Origin: the human T2T-CHM13v2.0 reference genome, Homo sapiens
Direction: 5' to 3' (one strand)
DNA length: 64,000 nucleotides
Assembly (NCBI RefSeq): GCF_009914755.1
Contig: NC_060947.1
Shown here: positions 29,851 to 42,489 of the stretch, in pieces
How positions within the stretch are numbered: position 1 is the stretch's first letter
Layout of the letters: each line of letters begins with the position of its first letter
The notes under the pieces: model-generated
Told to the model about the DNA's origin: nothing
Database searches by the model: none
What the model saw: the letters and a program-made list of their open reading frames with translations, nothing else
Position numbers and translations under genes: made by a program

Positions 29851-30177
29851 CAGTCCTCCCTTGGTATCTTTAAGGGATTGGTTCTAGCACCCCCATAATA
29901 CCAAAATCCTTAGACGCTCAAGTCCCTTATATAAAATGATACATAGTATTTACATATAGTCTACACACCTTCTCCTGTATATTTTAAATTATTTCTAGAT
30001 TACTTATAATACCTAATACAATGTAAATGCTATGTAAATAGTCATTATACTGTATTATATATATTTGTATTACTTTTTATTGTAGTATTGTTATTTGTAT
30101 TGGGCTTTTAAAATATTTTTGATCCTCAGTTGCTTGAAATCAAGAATGTGGAACCCGTGGATACAAGGTGCCGACTG
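29851..30177. mobile_element. MER2 (TcMar-Tigger) MITE relic
   Basis: CAGTCCTCCCTTGGTATC...GGATACAAGGTGCCGACTG terminal inverted repeats. Confidence 0.8.
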
Positions 30178-30756
30178 CTTATACATATATGTATGTATTC
30201 AAATAATGAAATTCATTCCTAAAGCATGAATATTTTAGGGAAAAAAATGAGGTAGCAGACGATATCTTATTGATCCTAGGGATTTATTATTTTATTTTTT
30301 CTTCTTGCACCAGTGTTTCCTGGCCTACACTAATCTAAGTAACCAAAACTACATTTTATGTTGTGAGGTTGTGTGGTCAGAAATTGAGCCCAAGAACTAA
30401 TTAAGGTGGAGGTAGATTCAACTCCAATGATAGGTAAGCACTCACTAAATGTATTTCTACAGCAAGACACAAAACTAATAATGAACATGATTGTGATACC
30501 ATATACCTTCATTTCTATTTTGTTTTAATTAAATAATATAAATTCTTTCATAAATAAACATACGGTTGGTCATAGAAACCATCAGGCTAAACCAAAAGAT
30601 GATGTTTGAATTTGCTCATCATTTTGTTCTTCCCTTAGGACACTAGCTAAAATCTCATCCATGGTTAAAGCACAGGCATGAGTCTCAAAATGTTCTTGGT
30701 ATTGCCAGAAATCCACTGAGCTGGTTGTGCTTGTCCAGTGAAGCTCCAAATGCTCT

Positions 30757-31066
30757 TTTTTTTTTTTTTTTTTTTTTTTTTGAGACAGAGTTTCACTCTT
30801 TTTGCCCAGGCTGGAGTGAAATGGTGTGTGATCTTGGCTCACAGCGACCTCTGCCTCCTAGGTTCAAGCAATTCTCCTGCCTCAGCCTCCCGAGTAGCTG
30901 GGATTACAGGCATGTGCCACCATACCCAGCTAATTTTGTATTTATAGTACAGACAGGGTTTCTCCATGTTGGTCAGGCTGGTCTCGAACTCCCAACCTCA
31001 GGTGATCAGCCCATCTCAGCCTCCCAAAGTGCTGGGATTACAGGCCTGAGCCACTGCACCCGGCCC
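30757..31066 (-). mobile_element. Alu (AluSp-like)
   Basis: Long poly(T), Alu consensus, TSD AATGCTCT. Confidence 0.95.
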
Positions 31067-32356
31067 CTGAATGCTCTCTTTTAATTAATCATTGTAAATA
31101 CATATGGATCTGTGTGTTCCTAAAAGGGTAATGACATGCCATACTGGCCACATCAAGCATGTTTACAAAGTATAGGCTAGTAACTCATATCTATTTTACC
31201 AAAACATCTCTAAAAACTGCTCTCCTGTCTTAATCATATTTTGATCTTGACTTTTTTTGTAACTTTTCTGTTAGAATTATCTATTCACACCTTGGCTCAG
31301 TATGTGCTTTTTGTTGTTAATAATTTCATGTGTATAGCTTTTTAGAAACTTTTACTGAAAGTCTGTATTTGCGTGGAAATGAAACCAATTAAGAAATACA
31401 AATGACATTTCTTTCCAGCTTGTCAGAAACTGTGAGAGAGAAATTAATGACAAAAGTTTATTGCTGTGTCTTCTTTTCAGTATGCTTCCTTCAAACTTCA
31501 TGGCAGTAAATGCCAAATAACCTCATGTATCAAACTTAAAGCAAGCTGTGAGCCAGGTGTCTTCAACTGCAGGTCATATGCTGAGCTACATTCATCATTT
31601 TAATCTTTTGAATTAAATTCTCTAAAATTGAATAAACCTCAGTGAGACTGTGGTTGCTAAGAAATTCTTTAATTCTCTGACTCCTGAATTCTGTAATAAC
31701 TTCTGCCTAGAATAAAAATGGAGAAAGAATAAGGTGCAGGTTTTGGCCCATAGAAAGCAAACAATACATGTTTTGAGTTAATTTAGTGTTAGCAACTTGA
31801 GAGCAGGGACCAGAGCCATTCTTTTACACAAAACACAAAAATTTAGTTCAATTTTTGTATATTTCATTGCTATGTATCCTGCTGTCATTCAGTGAAATTC
31901 TGCTTGTATTTATATGCTAAAAATTGTTGGGGAAAATTACTCCTTTTGGTAGTAATCAAAACCAATTCAATGTGCACTATGGTATAATGTTTAAGTGGAA
32001 AGTAGTAATCTCAATAATTTCTCTGAAAATCAACTCCAAGTTTCAAGCAGCCAAGGATGAATGATGGCTGCACTCCATATATTAATCAAAATAATCATTA
32101 AAGAAAATAAAGAACATATATTTAAAAGATTCCATCATATTGACAGAACAAGCATTTACAGCACTTAGCAGAATATGTAGTTCATATATTTTCCCTTAAG
32201 TGTTTTTTCTTATGGGTTTTTAATTTTTTAAATTTATTTTGGGGATTTTTAATAGATGATGTATTCAAATGATTTAAAAATTAAAACCATGTAACAAGGT
32301 ACACACGAAGAAGCCTTTCTTCCAAGCTTGTCACTATTTCTTCCATATATCCTTCC

Positions 32357-32809
32357 TTTCATGCGCGTCCCTGTGAAGAGACCACCAAACAGGCTTTGTG
32401 TGAGCAACATGGCTGTTTATTTCACCTGGGTGCAGGCGGGCTCAGTCCTAAAAGAGAGTCAGTGAAGGGAGATAAGGGTGGGGCCGTTTGATAGGATTTG
32501 GGTAGGTAAAGGAAAATTACAGTCAAAGGGGGTTTGTTCTCTGGCGGGTAGGAGTGGGGGTCGCAAGGTGCTCAGTGGGGGTGCTTTTTGAGCCAGGATG
32601 AGCCAGGAAAAGGACTTTCACAAGGTAATGTCATCACTTAAGGCAAGGACCGGCCATTTACACTTCTGTTGTGGTGGAATGTCATCAGTTAAGGTGGGGC
32701 AGGGCATATTCACTTCTTTTGTGATTCTTCAGTTACTTCCGGCCATCTGGTCGTATCCGTGCAAGTCACAGGGGATGCGATGGCTTGGCTTGGGCTCAGA
32801 GGCCTGACA
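32357..32809 (-). promoter_or_regulatory. HERV-H 3' LTR (LTR7), 453 bp
   Basis: Preceded on the minus strand by PPT AAGAAGGCAGGAA (32810-32822); AATAAA retained; TATA changed to TATCAAA. Confidence 0.95.
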
Positions 32810-34762
32810 TTCCTGCCTTCTTAATAAGAAAAATAAAACAAAATAGTGTTGAAGTGTTGGGACGGTGAAAATTTTTGGGGGGGTGGTATGGAGAGAGAAT
32901 GGACGATGTTTCTCAGGGCTGCTTCAAGCGGGATCAGGGGCAGTGTGGGAACCTAGAGTGGGAGAGATTAAGCTGAAGGAAGATTTGTGGTAAGGGGTGA
33001 TATTGTTGGGTTGTTAGAAGAAACATTTGTTGTATAGAATGATTGGTGATGGCCTGGATACGGTTTTGTATGAACTGAAAAACTAAATGGAATAAGAAGG
33101 AGAAAAACAGGTATAAAAGGTCTAAGAATTGGGAGGACCTAGGACATCTGATTAGAGAGTGCCTAAGGAGATTCAGCATAGTCCTGCCAGCAAAGATTAT
33201 TTATTTACTTCAAGAGTTAAGAGTAGCGGTTTGGGGATAGCACAAGGAGATATCAGCTGTGATGGCTTGGAGAAACAGTGTAAACTGGCAGTGTAAACAA
33301 GAGCAGGGCATGTATGAGTAGTTGAGAACGGAGAATAGGAGTATGACTAGACAGAAAATAGTAGGGATGACAAGTTTTTTTTGGGGCACAGTCTAAGTTG
33401 GTCTGATGTCTGGAATGAGACTGCGGCCTAATAAAAAGGAGCATCTATACAGGAGCTTAAATGGGCTGTACCTTGTAGCATTCCGAGGACAGGCCTGAAT
33501 TCTGAGAAGGGAAAGTGATAAAAGTATTGTCCAGTCCTTTTTGGTGGCTGAGCTTGGTGAGGTGTGTTTTTAAAAGACCTTAGTCCATTCTACTTTTCTT
33601 GAAGATGGAGGACTGTAAGGGATATAAAGGTTTCACTGAATACTAACAGCCTGAAAAACTGCTTGGCTGATTTGACTAATAAAGGCTTATCTGTTATCAG
33701 ACTGTATTGAGGTGGGAAGGCTAAACTGAGGAATTATGTCTGACAGAACGGAAGAAATGACTGCGGAGGCCTTCTCAGACCCTGTAGGAAAGGCCTTTAC
33801 TTATTCAGTGAAAGTGTCTATTTAGACTAAGAGGTATTTTAGTTTCCTGACTCGGGCATGTTGAGTAAAGCTAATTTGCCAGTCCTGGGTGGGGGCAAAT
33901 CCTTGAGCTTGATGTGTAGGGAAGGGAGGGGGCCTGAATAATCCCTGAGGAGTAGTAGAATAGCAGATGGAACACTGGGAAGTTATTTCCTTGAGGATAG
34001 ATTTCCATGATGGAAAGGAAATGAGAGGTTCTGAGAGGCGGGCTAGTGGCTTGTACTATAGCATAGCCTGCCTTTGCTGGTATGTGGCGATTAGGCCTGG
34101 TGGAACTGCCATCAATAAATCAAGTGTGATCAGGGTGAGGAACAGGAAAGAAGGAAATATGGGGAAATGGGGTGAATATCAGGTGGATCAGAGAGATACA
34201 ATCGTGGGGGTCAGGTGTGGTATCAGGAATAATGTGGGAGGCCAGATTGAAGTCCCGGCCAGGAACAACGGTAATTGTGGGACTTAAGAAAGAGTGAGTA
34301 CAGCTGAAGGAGCCGGGGAGCAGAAAGTATATGCGTCAGGTATGAGGAAGAAAATAGATTTTGGAAGTTATGAGAAATGTAGAGAGTGAGTTGAGCGTAG
34401 TTTGTGATTTTTAGGGCCTCTAAAAGTATTAAAGCAGCGGCAGCCTCTGTACGCAGACCTGAGGGCTAGGCTAAAACAGTAAGGTCAAGTTGTTTGGACA
34501 GAAAGGCTACAGGGTTCAGTCCTGGCTCTTGTTTAAGAATTCTGACCGCACGAACCATGCCTAGGAAGGAAAGGAGTTGTTGTTTTGTAAGGGATTGAGG
34601 TTTGGGAGATTAATCGGACACGATCAGCAGGGAAAGCATGTGTGTTTTTAGGAGAATTATGCCGAAATAGGTAACAGATGAGGATGAAATTTGGGCTTGA
34701 CTGAAGTAATGGGGGCTGTCTGTGAAGCCTTGTGGCAGTACAGCCCAGGTAATTTGCTGAGC

Positions 34763-35458
34763 CTAATCGGTGTCAGGGTCAATCCAAGTGAAAGCGAAAA
34801 CAGGTTGGGATGAAGGGTGCAAAGGAATAGTAAAGAAAGCATGTTTGAGATCTAGAACAGAATAATGGGTAGTAGAGGGAGGTATTGAGGATAGGAGAGT
34901 ATATGGGTTTGGCACCATGGGGTGGATAGGCAAAACAATTTGGTTGATAAAGCGCAGATTCTGAACTAACTTGTAAGGCTTGTCTGGTTTTAGGACAGGT
35001 AAAATGGGGAAATGGTAAGGAGAGTTTATAGGCTTTAAAAGGCCATGCTGTAGCAGGCTAGTGTTAACAGGCTTTAATCCTTTCAAAGCGTGCTGTGGGA
35101 TGGGATATTGCCGTTGAGCGGGGTAAGGGTGATTAGGTTTTAATGGGATGGTAATGGGCATGTGATCAGTTGCCAGGGAAGGAGTAGAGATGTCCTATAC
35201 TTGTGGGTTAAGGTGGGGGGATATGAGAGGAAGACTCGAAGGAGGCTTTGGGTTGGGGAGAAGGGCGGCAATGAGATGTGGCTGTAGTCCAGGAAGAGTC
35301 AGGGAAGCAGATAATTTGGTTAAAATATCTCGGCCTAATAAGGGAACTGGGCAGGTGGAGATAACTAAAAAAGAGTGCATAAAAGCGTGTTGTCTAAGTT
35401 GGCACCAGAGTGGGGGGAGTTTTAAGAGGTTTAGAAGCCTGGCTGTCAATACCCACAA
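34763..35458 (-). pseudogene. pol: HERV-H protease C-terminus and reverse transcriptase N-terminus remnants
   Basis: CPVPLLGRDILTKL (protease) and PILPVLKPDKPYKLVQNLR...VPNPYTLLS...VLDLKHAFFTIPLHP...FAFTW (RT); broken by stops; no YxDD in the open frame. Confidence 0.9.
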
Positions 35459-36898
35459 CAGTTATGGAGGCAAGGGAAACAGACCCTTGAAAAGAAGGTA
35501 ATGTGGAGTGGGTAGCCTCCGTATTGATTAAGAAGGGGACGGGCTTACCCTCCACTGTGAGTTACCTAAAGCTCGGCGTCCGTGATGGTCTACGGGGCTT
35601 CTGAGGCGATCGGGCAGCATCAGTCTTCAGCCGGTAAGCCAAGAAGGAGTCAGTCAGAGAGCCCTGGGCCAGAGTTCCAGGAGCTCTGGGAGTGGCTGCC
35701 AGGTGAGTTGAACAGTCCGATTTTCAGTGGGGTCCCACACAGATGGGACGTGGCTTAGGAGGAATCCTGGGCTGCGGGCGTTCCTTGGCCCAGTGGCCAG
35801 ATTTCCGGCATGTGTAACAAGTTCCTGGGGGAGAAGGTTCTGGAGGAACGCCTGGCTGCTACAGTTCAGGCGTTTGGAAGTTCTTGTGTGCTGGAGATGT
35901 GGCTGGGGTTTGTCTCACAGTGGTGGCAAGGAATTGCAACTTTTTTCTGTTATTGCACACCTTGAAGGTGAGGTTAATTAAGTCCTGTTGTGGGGTTTGA
36001 GGGCCAGATTCCAGTTTTTGGAGTTTTATTTAATGTCGGGAGCAGATTGGGTAATAAAATGTATATTGAGAATAAGACGGCCTTTAGACCTTTTAGGGCC
36101 TAGGGCTGTAAAGTGTCTCAGGGTTGCTGCCAAACAAGTCATGAACTGGGCTGGATTTTTATATTTGATGAAAAAGAGCCTAAACACTATCTGATTTGGG
36201 ATAAAGAAAAAGGAGCATTAACCTTGACTATGCCTTTAGCTCCAGCCACCTTTTTAAGAATAAATTGCTGGGCAGGTGGGGGAGTGCTAGTCACGGAATG
36301 AAACTGTAAGCCGGAACAGGTGTGAGGAGGGGAGGCGATAAAAAGATTATAGGGTGGAGGAGTGGAGGCTGAGGAAGAATTGGGACCTAGCTCAGCCTGT
36401 CGAGGAGGGGAGAGGTCAGATGGGTCTGTAGAAAAGGAAGATTAGAAAGACTCAGCGACACTTGGGGTTGGTACTGAGGGGACAGGCGGGAGGGAAAGAA
36501 AGAAGATTTGGGAGGAGTTGCACTGGGCACAGAGACTAGGAGGGGACTGATGTGTAAAAGAATGCCTGGACGTCAGGCACCTCAGACCATTTGCCCATTT
36601 TACAACAAGAATTATTTAGATCTTGCAGGATGGAAAAATTGAAAGTGCCGTTTTCTGGCTATTTGGAACTACTGTCGAGTTTGTATTGGGGTCAAGCGGC
36701 ATTGCAGAAGAAAATAAGACGCTTAGATTTTAGGTCAGGTGAGAATTGAAGAGGTTTTAAGTTCTTAAGAATACAGGCTAAGGGAGAAGAAGGAGGAATG
36801 GAAGGTGGAAGCATAGTGAAGGAGGCAAGCCCAGAGAAAAGAGTAGAGACATGGAGAAGGGGTGGGGTTTTCTTCCCCTCCAGAAAAGCAGAGAAAGA

Positions 36899-37010
36899 GT
36901 TGGGGCACGGAAATAAGGGATTGGGGTGCAGAGATAAGAGATTGGGGCGTGGAAATAAGGGATTGGGGCACAGAGATAAGAGGTTGGGGCGTGGAAATAA
37001 GCGATTGGGG
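36899..37010. repeat. ~21/42-bp tandem repeats in the HERV-H leader
   Basis: Alternating TTGGGGCRYGGAAATAAGGGA / TTGGGGYRCAGAGATAAGAGR units. Confidence 0.85.
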
Positions 37011-37404
37011 GGTTCTTGCCCCCTAGGAAAGCGGGACTTGCCACTAAGGGTGAAGGAGAAGGGGTTGAGGGGTACTTGCCCCTGCCCCAGGAAAGCGAGA
37101 CTTGCCACCAAGGGTGAAGGACCAAGTCAGGCATCCCTGCGTGGTCTGACATCCTTGAAACGTGAGTGTATAATCAGAGAGGTGTCCCTGAAATGATTAA
37201 ACACCAAGGGAAGGCTGCCTTCCCAGTCCGTGACCGGCACCGGAGTTTTGGGTTCACGGATAAAACATGTCTCTTTTGTCTCTACCAGAAAATGAAAGGA
37301 ATTGAAATTAAGAGAAGGGAGAGATTGAAGTGTGGTTCCAAGATTGAAAGGAGAAAGAGGTTGAGGGATAATGAGGGAGGTTGGAGAAGAGAGTAAAAAT
37401 AGGC

Positions 37405-37416
37405 CTCTTACCGGAT
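37405..37416 (-). promoter_or_regulatory. HERV-H major splice donor
   Basis: TCAAATCCG|GTAAGAG about 140 nt downstream of the 5' LTR. Confidence 0.75.
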
Positions 37417-37533
37417 TTGAAATTGGTGAGATGTTTCTTGGGCTGGTCGGTCTGAGGACCTGAGGTCCTAGGTGGATCTTACGGAGCAAAAAGCAGGAGG
37501 ACAGGGGATTGATCTCCCAAGGGAGGTCCCTCG

Positions 37534-37551
37534 ATCTGAGTCACGGCACCA
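37534..37551 (-). other. Primer binding site complementary to tRNA-His
   Basis: TGGTGCCGTGACTCAGAT, one mismatch to the canonical TGGTGCCGTGACTCGGAT. Confidence 0.92.
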
Positions 37552-37553
37552 AA

Positions 37554-38036
37554 TTTCATGCGCGTCCGTGTGAAGAGACCACCAAACAGGCTTTGTGTGA
37601 GCAACATGGCTGTTTATTTCACCTGGGTGCAGGCGGGCTGAGTCGGAAAAGAGAGTCAGCGAAGGGAGATAGGGGTGGGGCCGTTTTATAAGATTTGGGT
37701 AGGTAAAGGAAAATTACAGTCAAAGGGGGTTTGTTCTCTGGCGGGTAGGAGTGGGGGTCGCAAGGTGCTCAGTGGGCAGGAGTGGGGGTCGCAAGGTGCT
37801 CAGTGGGGGTGCTTTTTGAGCCAGGATGAGCCAGGAAAAGGACTTTCACAAGGTAATGTCATCAGTTAAGGCAAGGACCGGCCATTTACACTTCTTTTGT
37901 GGTGGAATGTCATCAGTTAAGGTGGGGCAGGGCATATTCACTTCTTTTGTGATTCTTTAGTTAGTTCAGGCCATCCGGGCATATAGTGCAGGTCACAGGG
38001 GATGCGATGGCTTGGCTTGGGCTCAGAGGCCTGACA
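37554..38036 (-). promoter_or_regulatory. HERV-H 5' LTR (LTR7, LTR7up-like), 483 bp
   Basis: Followed by the PBS; TATAAAA intact (~37684-37690); CCACCACAAAAGAAGTG block; 31-bp internal duplication. Confidence 0.93.
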
Positions 38037-38041
38037 CTTCC

Positions 38042-38700
38042 CTCTACAGTTAATCATTCTTATTAGTTTCTCAAATATGTTTCCAGAGTTTCTGTATGTA
38101 GATATAAACAAATATTTGTAGGTTATCTCATAGCTGTTATAAACAGTCCCTTATACATGGATATTGGGACTTATTTTCAACTTTAAAATGATAAAATGGT
38201 AAACAGTGCTGTAATGAAAAATCTTTCACACATATCATTTATCCATATTTCTAGAAATGGGATTGTTGAATCAGATTAACGTTAGAATCAATTTATCTAG
38301 CTCTAAAAATGTTGCTGTTCTTGTTGGAATCACACTAATTTTGATGTTAACTTAGAGAGAATCATCAGCTTTATGATGCTGAATCCTTCTACCCAAGATT
38401 ACATCATGTCTTTTATTCCATCCTAGATTTTTGTCCTAAATTATGTTAAATATTTTTCTTATGACTATTGAACAATTCTGGCTATGTTTACTCAGACATT
38501 TTGTTCTTTTTCATTGTTGTTTCTGTATGTTCTTGCCATCTTAGCAAAGTAATTATTGCAAATTTTTAAAATATGTGAATATGGAGCAAAATTGGAAGTA
38601 ACACAGTATATATTTTTATCAATTTTGTGCAACTCCAGACACTTTGTGTTAATCTTTAATAAATATTTTACTAAGTTTTTGATATCTACTATTTGATTTG
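38042..38700 (-). mobile_element. Ancient L1ME-like fragments (also ~32200-32351), the apparent target of the HERV-H insertion
   Basis: ATATTTCTAGAAATGGGATTGTTGAATCAG and TAATCATTCTTATTAGTTTC resemble old L1M 3' sequence. Confidence 0.45.
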
Positions 38701-38886
38701 GCATTCCTCAAATACCTGTTGATTAAAATATTATAAAAACTTCCTACTGGGAAAAATTTTTAAAAGCCATATTATCATTTATTGGGTTATCTTTTTTAAA
38801 TAATTCAAATACTGAATTAAGTCTATAGTTAACAAGATATCACTTACATTTTCTAAGACACTCTCTTGGATTTAGCTGTGTGGCAC

Positions 38887-39494
38887 TATTAACCAAAAAT
38901 AAATTCTAAGGCCATCCAATCATCAAATGGACCCCTCCTCTTGGCCAAGGGCATTCCACAGTTAACCTGAAAAACCAGTTCAGGACATGACAGAAGAGGG
39001 GAAGGCACATGCCTCACTATACATCCCACCAGCATTAGCATCAACACAGATCTTAAATCTGATAAGAAACATTTACAATCTATTCTCTCAGAAGCCTATT
39101 ACTTGGAGGCCTCCTCTGCATGATAAAATCGAGGTCTCCACCACCCCTTAACTTAATCCAAACATTCCTTTCTATTGATAACTCTCTTTCAGCCAATTGC
39201 CAGTCAGAACATTTTTAAATCCATCTATGACCTGGAAGCCACCCCTCAATCCCCCTCCTCAATCCCTTCATCACTTTGAGTTAGTCTGCCCTTCCAGATG
39301 GAACCAATGTAAATCTTACATGTGTTGATTGACGTGTGATGTCTCCTCAAAATATGTAAAAACAAGCTGTACCCTGACCACCCTGGGCATATTTTCAGGG
39401 CCTCTTGAGGCTGTGTCATGGGCATGTCCTTAACCTTGGCAAAATAAACATTCTAAACTGATTGAGACCTGTTTCAGATACTTTTGAGTTAACA
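38887..39494 (+). mobile_element. MER4B/D-like ERV1 LTR
   Basis: AACCAAAAATAAATTCTAAG...GGACCCCTCCTCTTGGCCAAGGGCATTCC...AATAAA...GAGTTAACA. Confidence 0.8.
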
Positions 39495-39572
39495 TTTTGA
39501 GAGCTGTCTTAGGTACTTTTGGGTTCAAAACACCCTTGGATGTTAATGGAATCCATTGTCCAAATCACCAAG

Positions 39573-39779
39573 AGGCTGGGTGTGGTGGCTCACGCCTGTA
39601 ATCCCAGTACTTTGGGAGGCAGAGGCGGGCTGATCACCTGAAGTCGGGAGTTCTAGACCAGCCTGACCAACATGGAGAAACCCCGTCTCTACTAAAAATA
39701 CAAAATTAGCAGGGCATGGTTGGCACATGCCTGTAATCCCTGCTACTCGGGAGGCTGAGGCAGGAGAATCGCTTGAACT
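39573..39779 (+). mobile_element. 3'-truncated Alu (AluSp-like)
   Basis: Stops at GAATCGCTTGAAC; no poly(A). Confidence 0.9.
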
Positions 39780-40016
39780 CAAAGCCCCCACTTTGAATTG
39801 TCCCACGTTTCTGAACCAAAACAATGTATTTCTTAAATGTATTTGATTGATGTCTCATACTTCCCTAAAATATATAAAACCGAGCTGTACCCCAACCACC
39901 TTGGGCACATGTTCTCAGGACTTCCTGAGGGCTATGTCATGGGCCATGGTCACTCATATTTGGCTCAGAATAAATCTCTTAAAATACTTTACAGAATTTG
40001 ACTCTTTTCATCGACA
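39780..40016 (+). mobile_element. 3' part of a MER4D/E-like LTR
   Basis: CACCTTGGGCACATGTTCTCAGGAC...AATAAATCTC...TTTCATCGACA. Confidence 0.8.
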
Positions 40017-41025
40017 ATATGCCAATATGTATAGGAAATCACTAGTCAAATTAATTTATCAGTGCTATTTGATAGTTTGTGAAATATCTTTGTATATAAA
40101 CAATATGAACTGATAAAGAAAAAATATAGTTCTGATATAAAGAAGCAGAGCTCTTTGACAAGCTGAGTGAAGATAATTTAATCATGAAGGATCCTTGGAT
40201 ATTATTTAGTTTTTAGACATCATGTAGTCCAAGATCTGTTCTGAAAACATACCTGGTTCAAAATGCAGATTTCCTCAAAATGTCTACATCAGTTTAAAAT
40301 GAAATATATAACAATGTTCATTGGTTTCTTCTTCTTTATGTCATTAAGGTGCTTCAATAGCAATAGACTGGCAAGTGCATTCAGCCACCTTGGACTTGTG
40401 ATTCACTCAGGAGAATTTAACACTGTGATTAAAAAAAGTAAAAGGGATTTAGTATTTCTAAGGCTGACTGCCTTGGCAAGACACTGTACTTCAAATCAGC
40501 GTGCATCCATTTTGAATATTAAGTAAGACAGTGAAATAAATTTTTGGTAGAGGCTTAGAAAAATATAAAACACTGTCATTCTGAGGTTAGTTTTCGGCTG
40601 CATTGATTTTTGTCTTTTATACCTCAATATGATTAAAAAAAAAAGCTTTCCCTAAATCTGTCAATATAATGTTTCACCATTATGGTACACATATAATATA
40701 ATGCAGACTACTCTGTTTTCCACTCTGACCTTTACTACATGGCTGGTTTTTGATAGAAGAATGTGGGAGGAAATACTTTTTAAATAGAATTCCAATAATG
40801 CATCCGTAAACATAACCTCTCATCCTTTGAAATACGAAGTGTTAACCTTGCTATAGGATATATTATTCCTTTTCATTTTGATAAGCCGTAAGAGGTAGGG
40901 ACATAGAATTAAAATGCATAGATAACTATGGTCAGGATTACCTAATATTAACCTAAATTATGTCCTGTTAAGCATTGAATAATGTTAAGTAAAATGTTCT
41001 ATTATCATTATAAGTTTTGTAATAC

Positions 41026-42055
<1,030 letters not shown>

Positions 42056-42489
42056 AGACTAGGAAGTTATTTTTTGAAGATATAGTTATTGAATAAAACA
42101 CTGTATAATTTAGCTATTGACCGATGGAGCTGCATTTTTTCTCAGCAGTTAATCTTTTCTTTAAGTTACTTCATAATTGAAATAGCTACTTTTATAGATT
42201 GATTAGTCCCTAAATATAAATCAATCATATATTTAAAAGGATTTTTATTTTAAACTTATCCTTGAAAGATTGTGAATAAAACAAATTAGAAGGTCTACGA
42301 AAGTTCCAGCTTATTGAAAATGAGATTTGTATTGTATAGACTAAGTAATTCAATTGGAATACATAAATCTTAGGCTCTTACAAAGAAAGAGAAAAATAAA
42401 ATCTTAGACTAAGATTTCACAGTACCAATGCCAATATAGACAAGATACCTAAACAAATCAAAGAAAAAGTTTTGAATTTCAGTAGACAC

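Larger units (their letters stand above)
32357..38036 (-). mobile_element. HERV-H provirus, deleted ~5.7-kb type, with two LTR7 LTRs
   Basis: Two LTRs starting TGTCAGGCCTCTGAGCCCAAG on the minus strand; tRNA-His PBS; PPT; pro/pol remnants; 5-bp TSD CTTCC at 32352-32356 and 38037-38041. Confidence 0.98.

Noticed and set aside
36899-37010. CRISPR-like repeat array
   Set aside because: Contiguous tandem units without unique spacers, inside the HERV-H leader of a eukaryotic genome.
37534-37551. tRNA-His gene
   Set aside because: Only the 18-nt primer binding site, with no tRNA body.
32810-37553. Replication-competent or env-coding retrovirus
   Set aside because: The internal region is only ~4.7 kb and the longest ORFs are under 140 aa; this is the common deleted HERV-H form.
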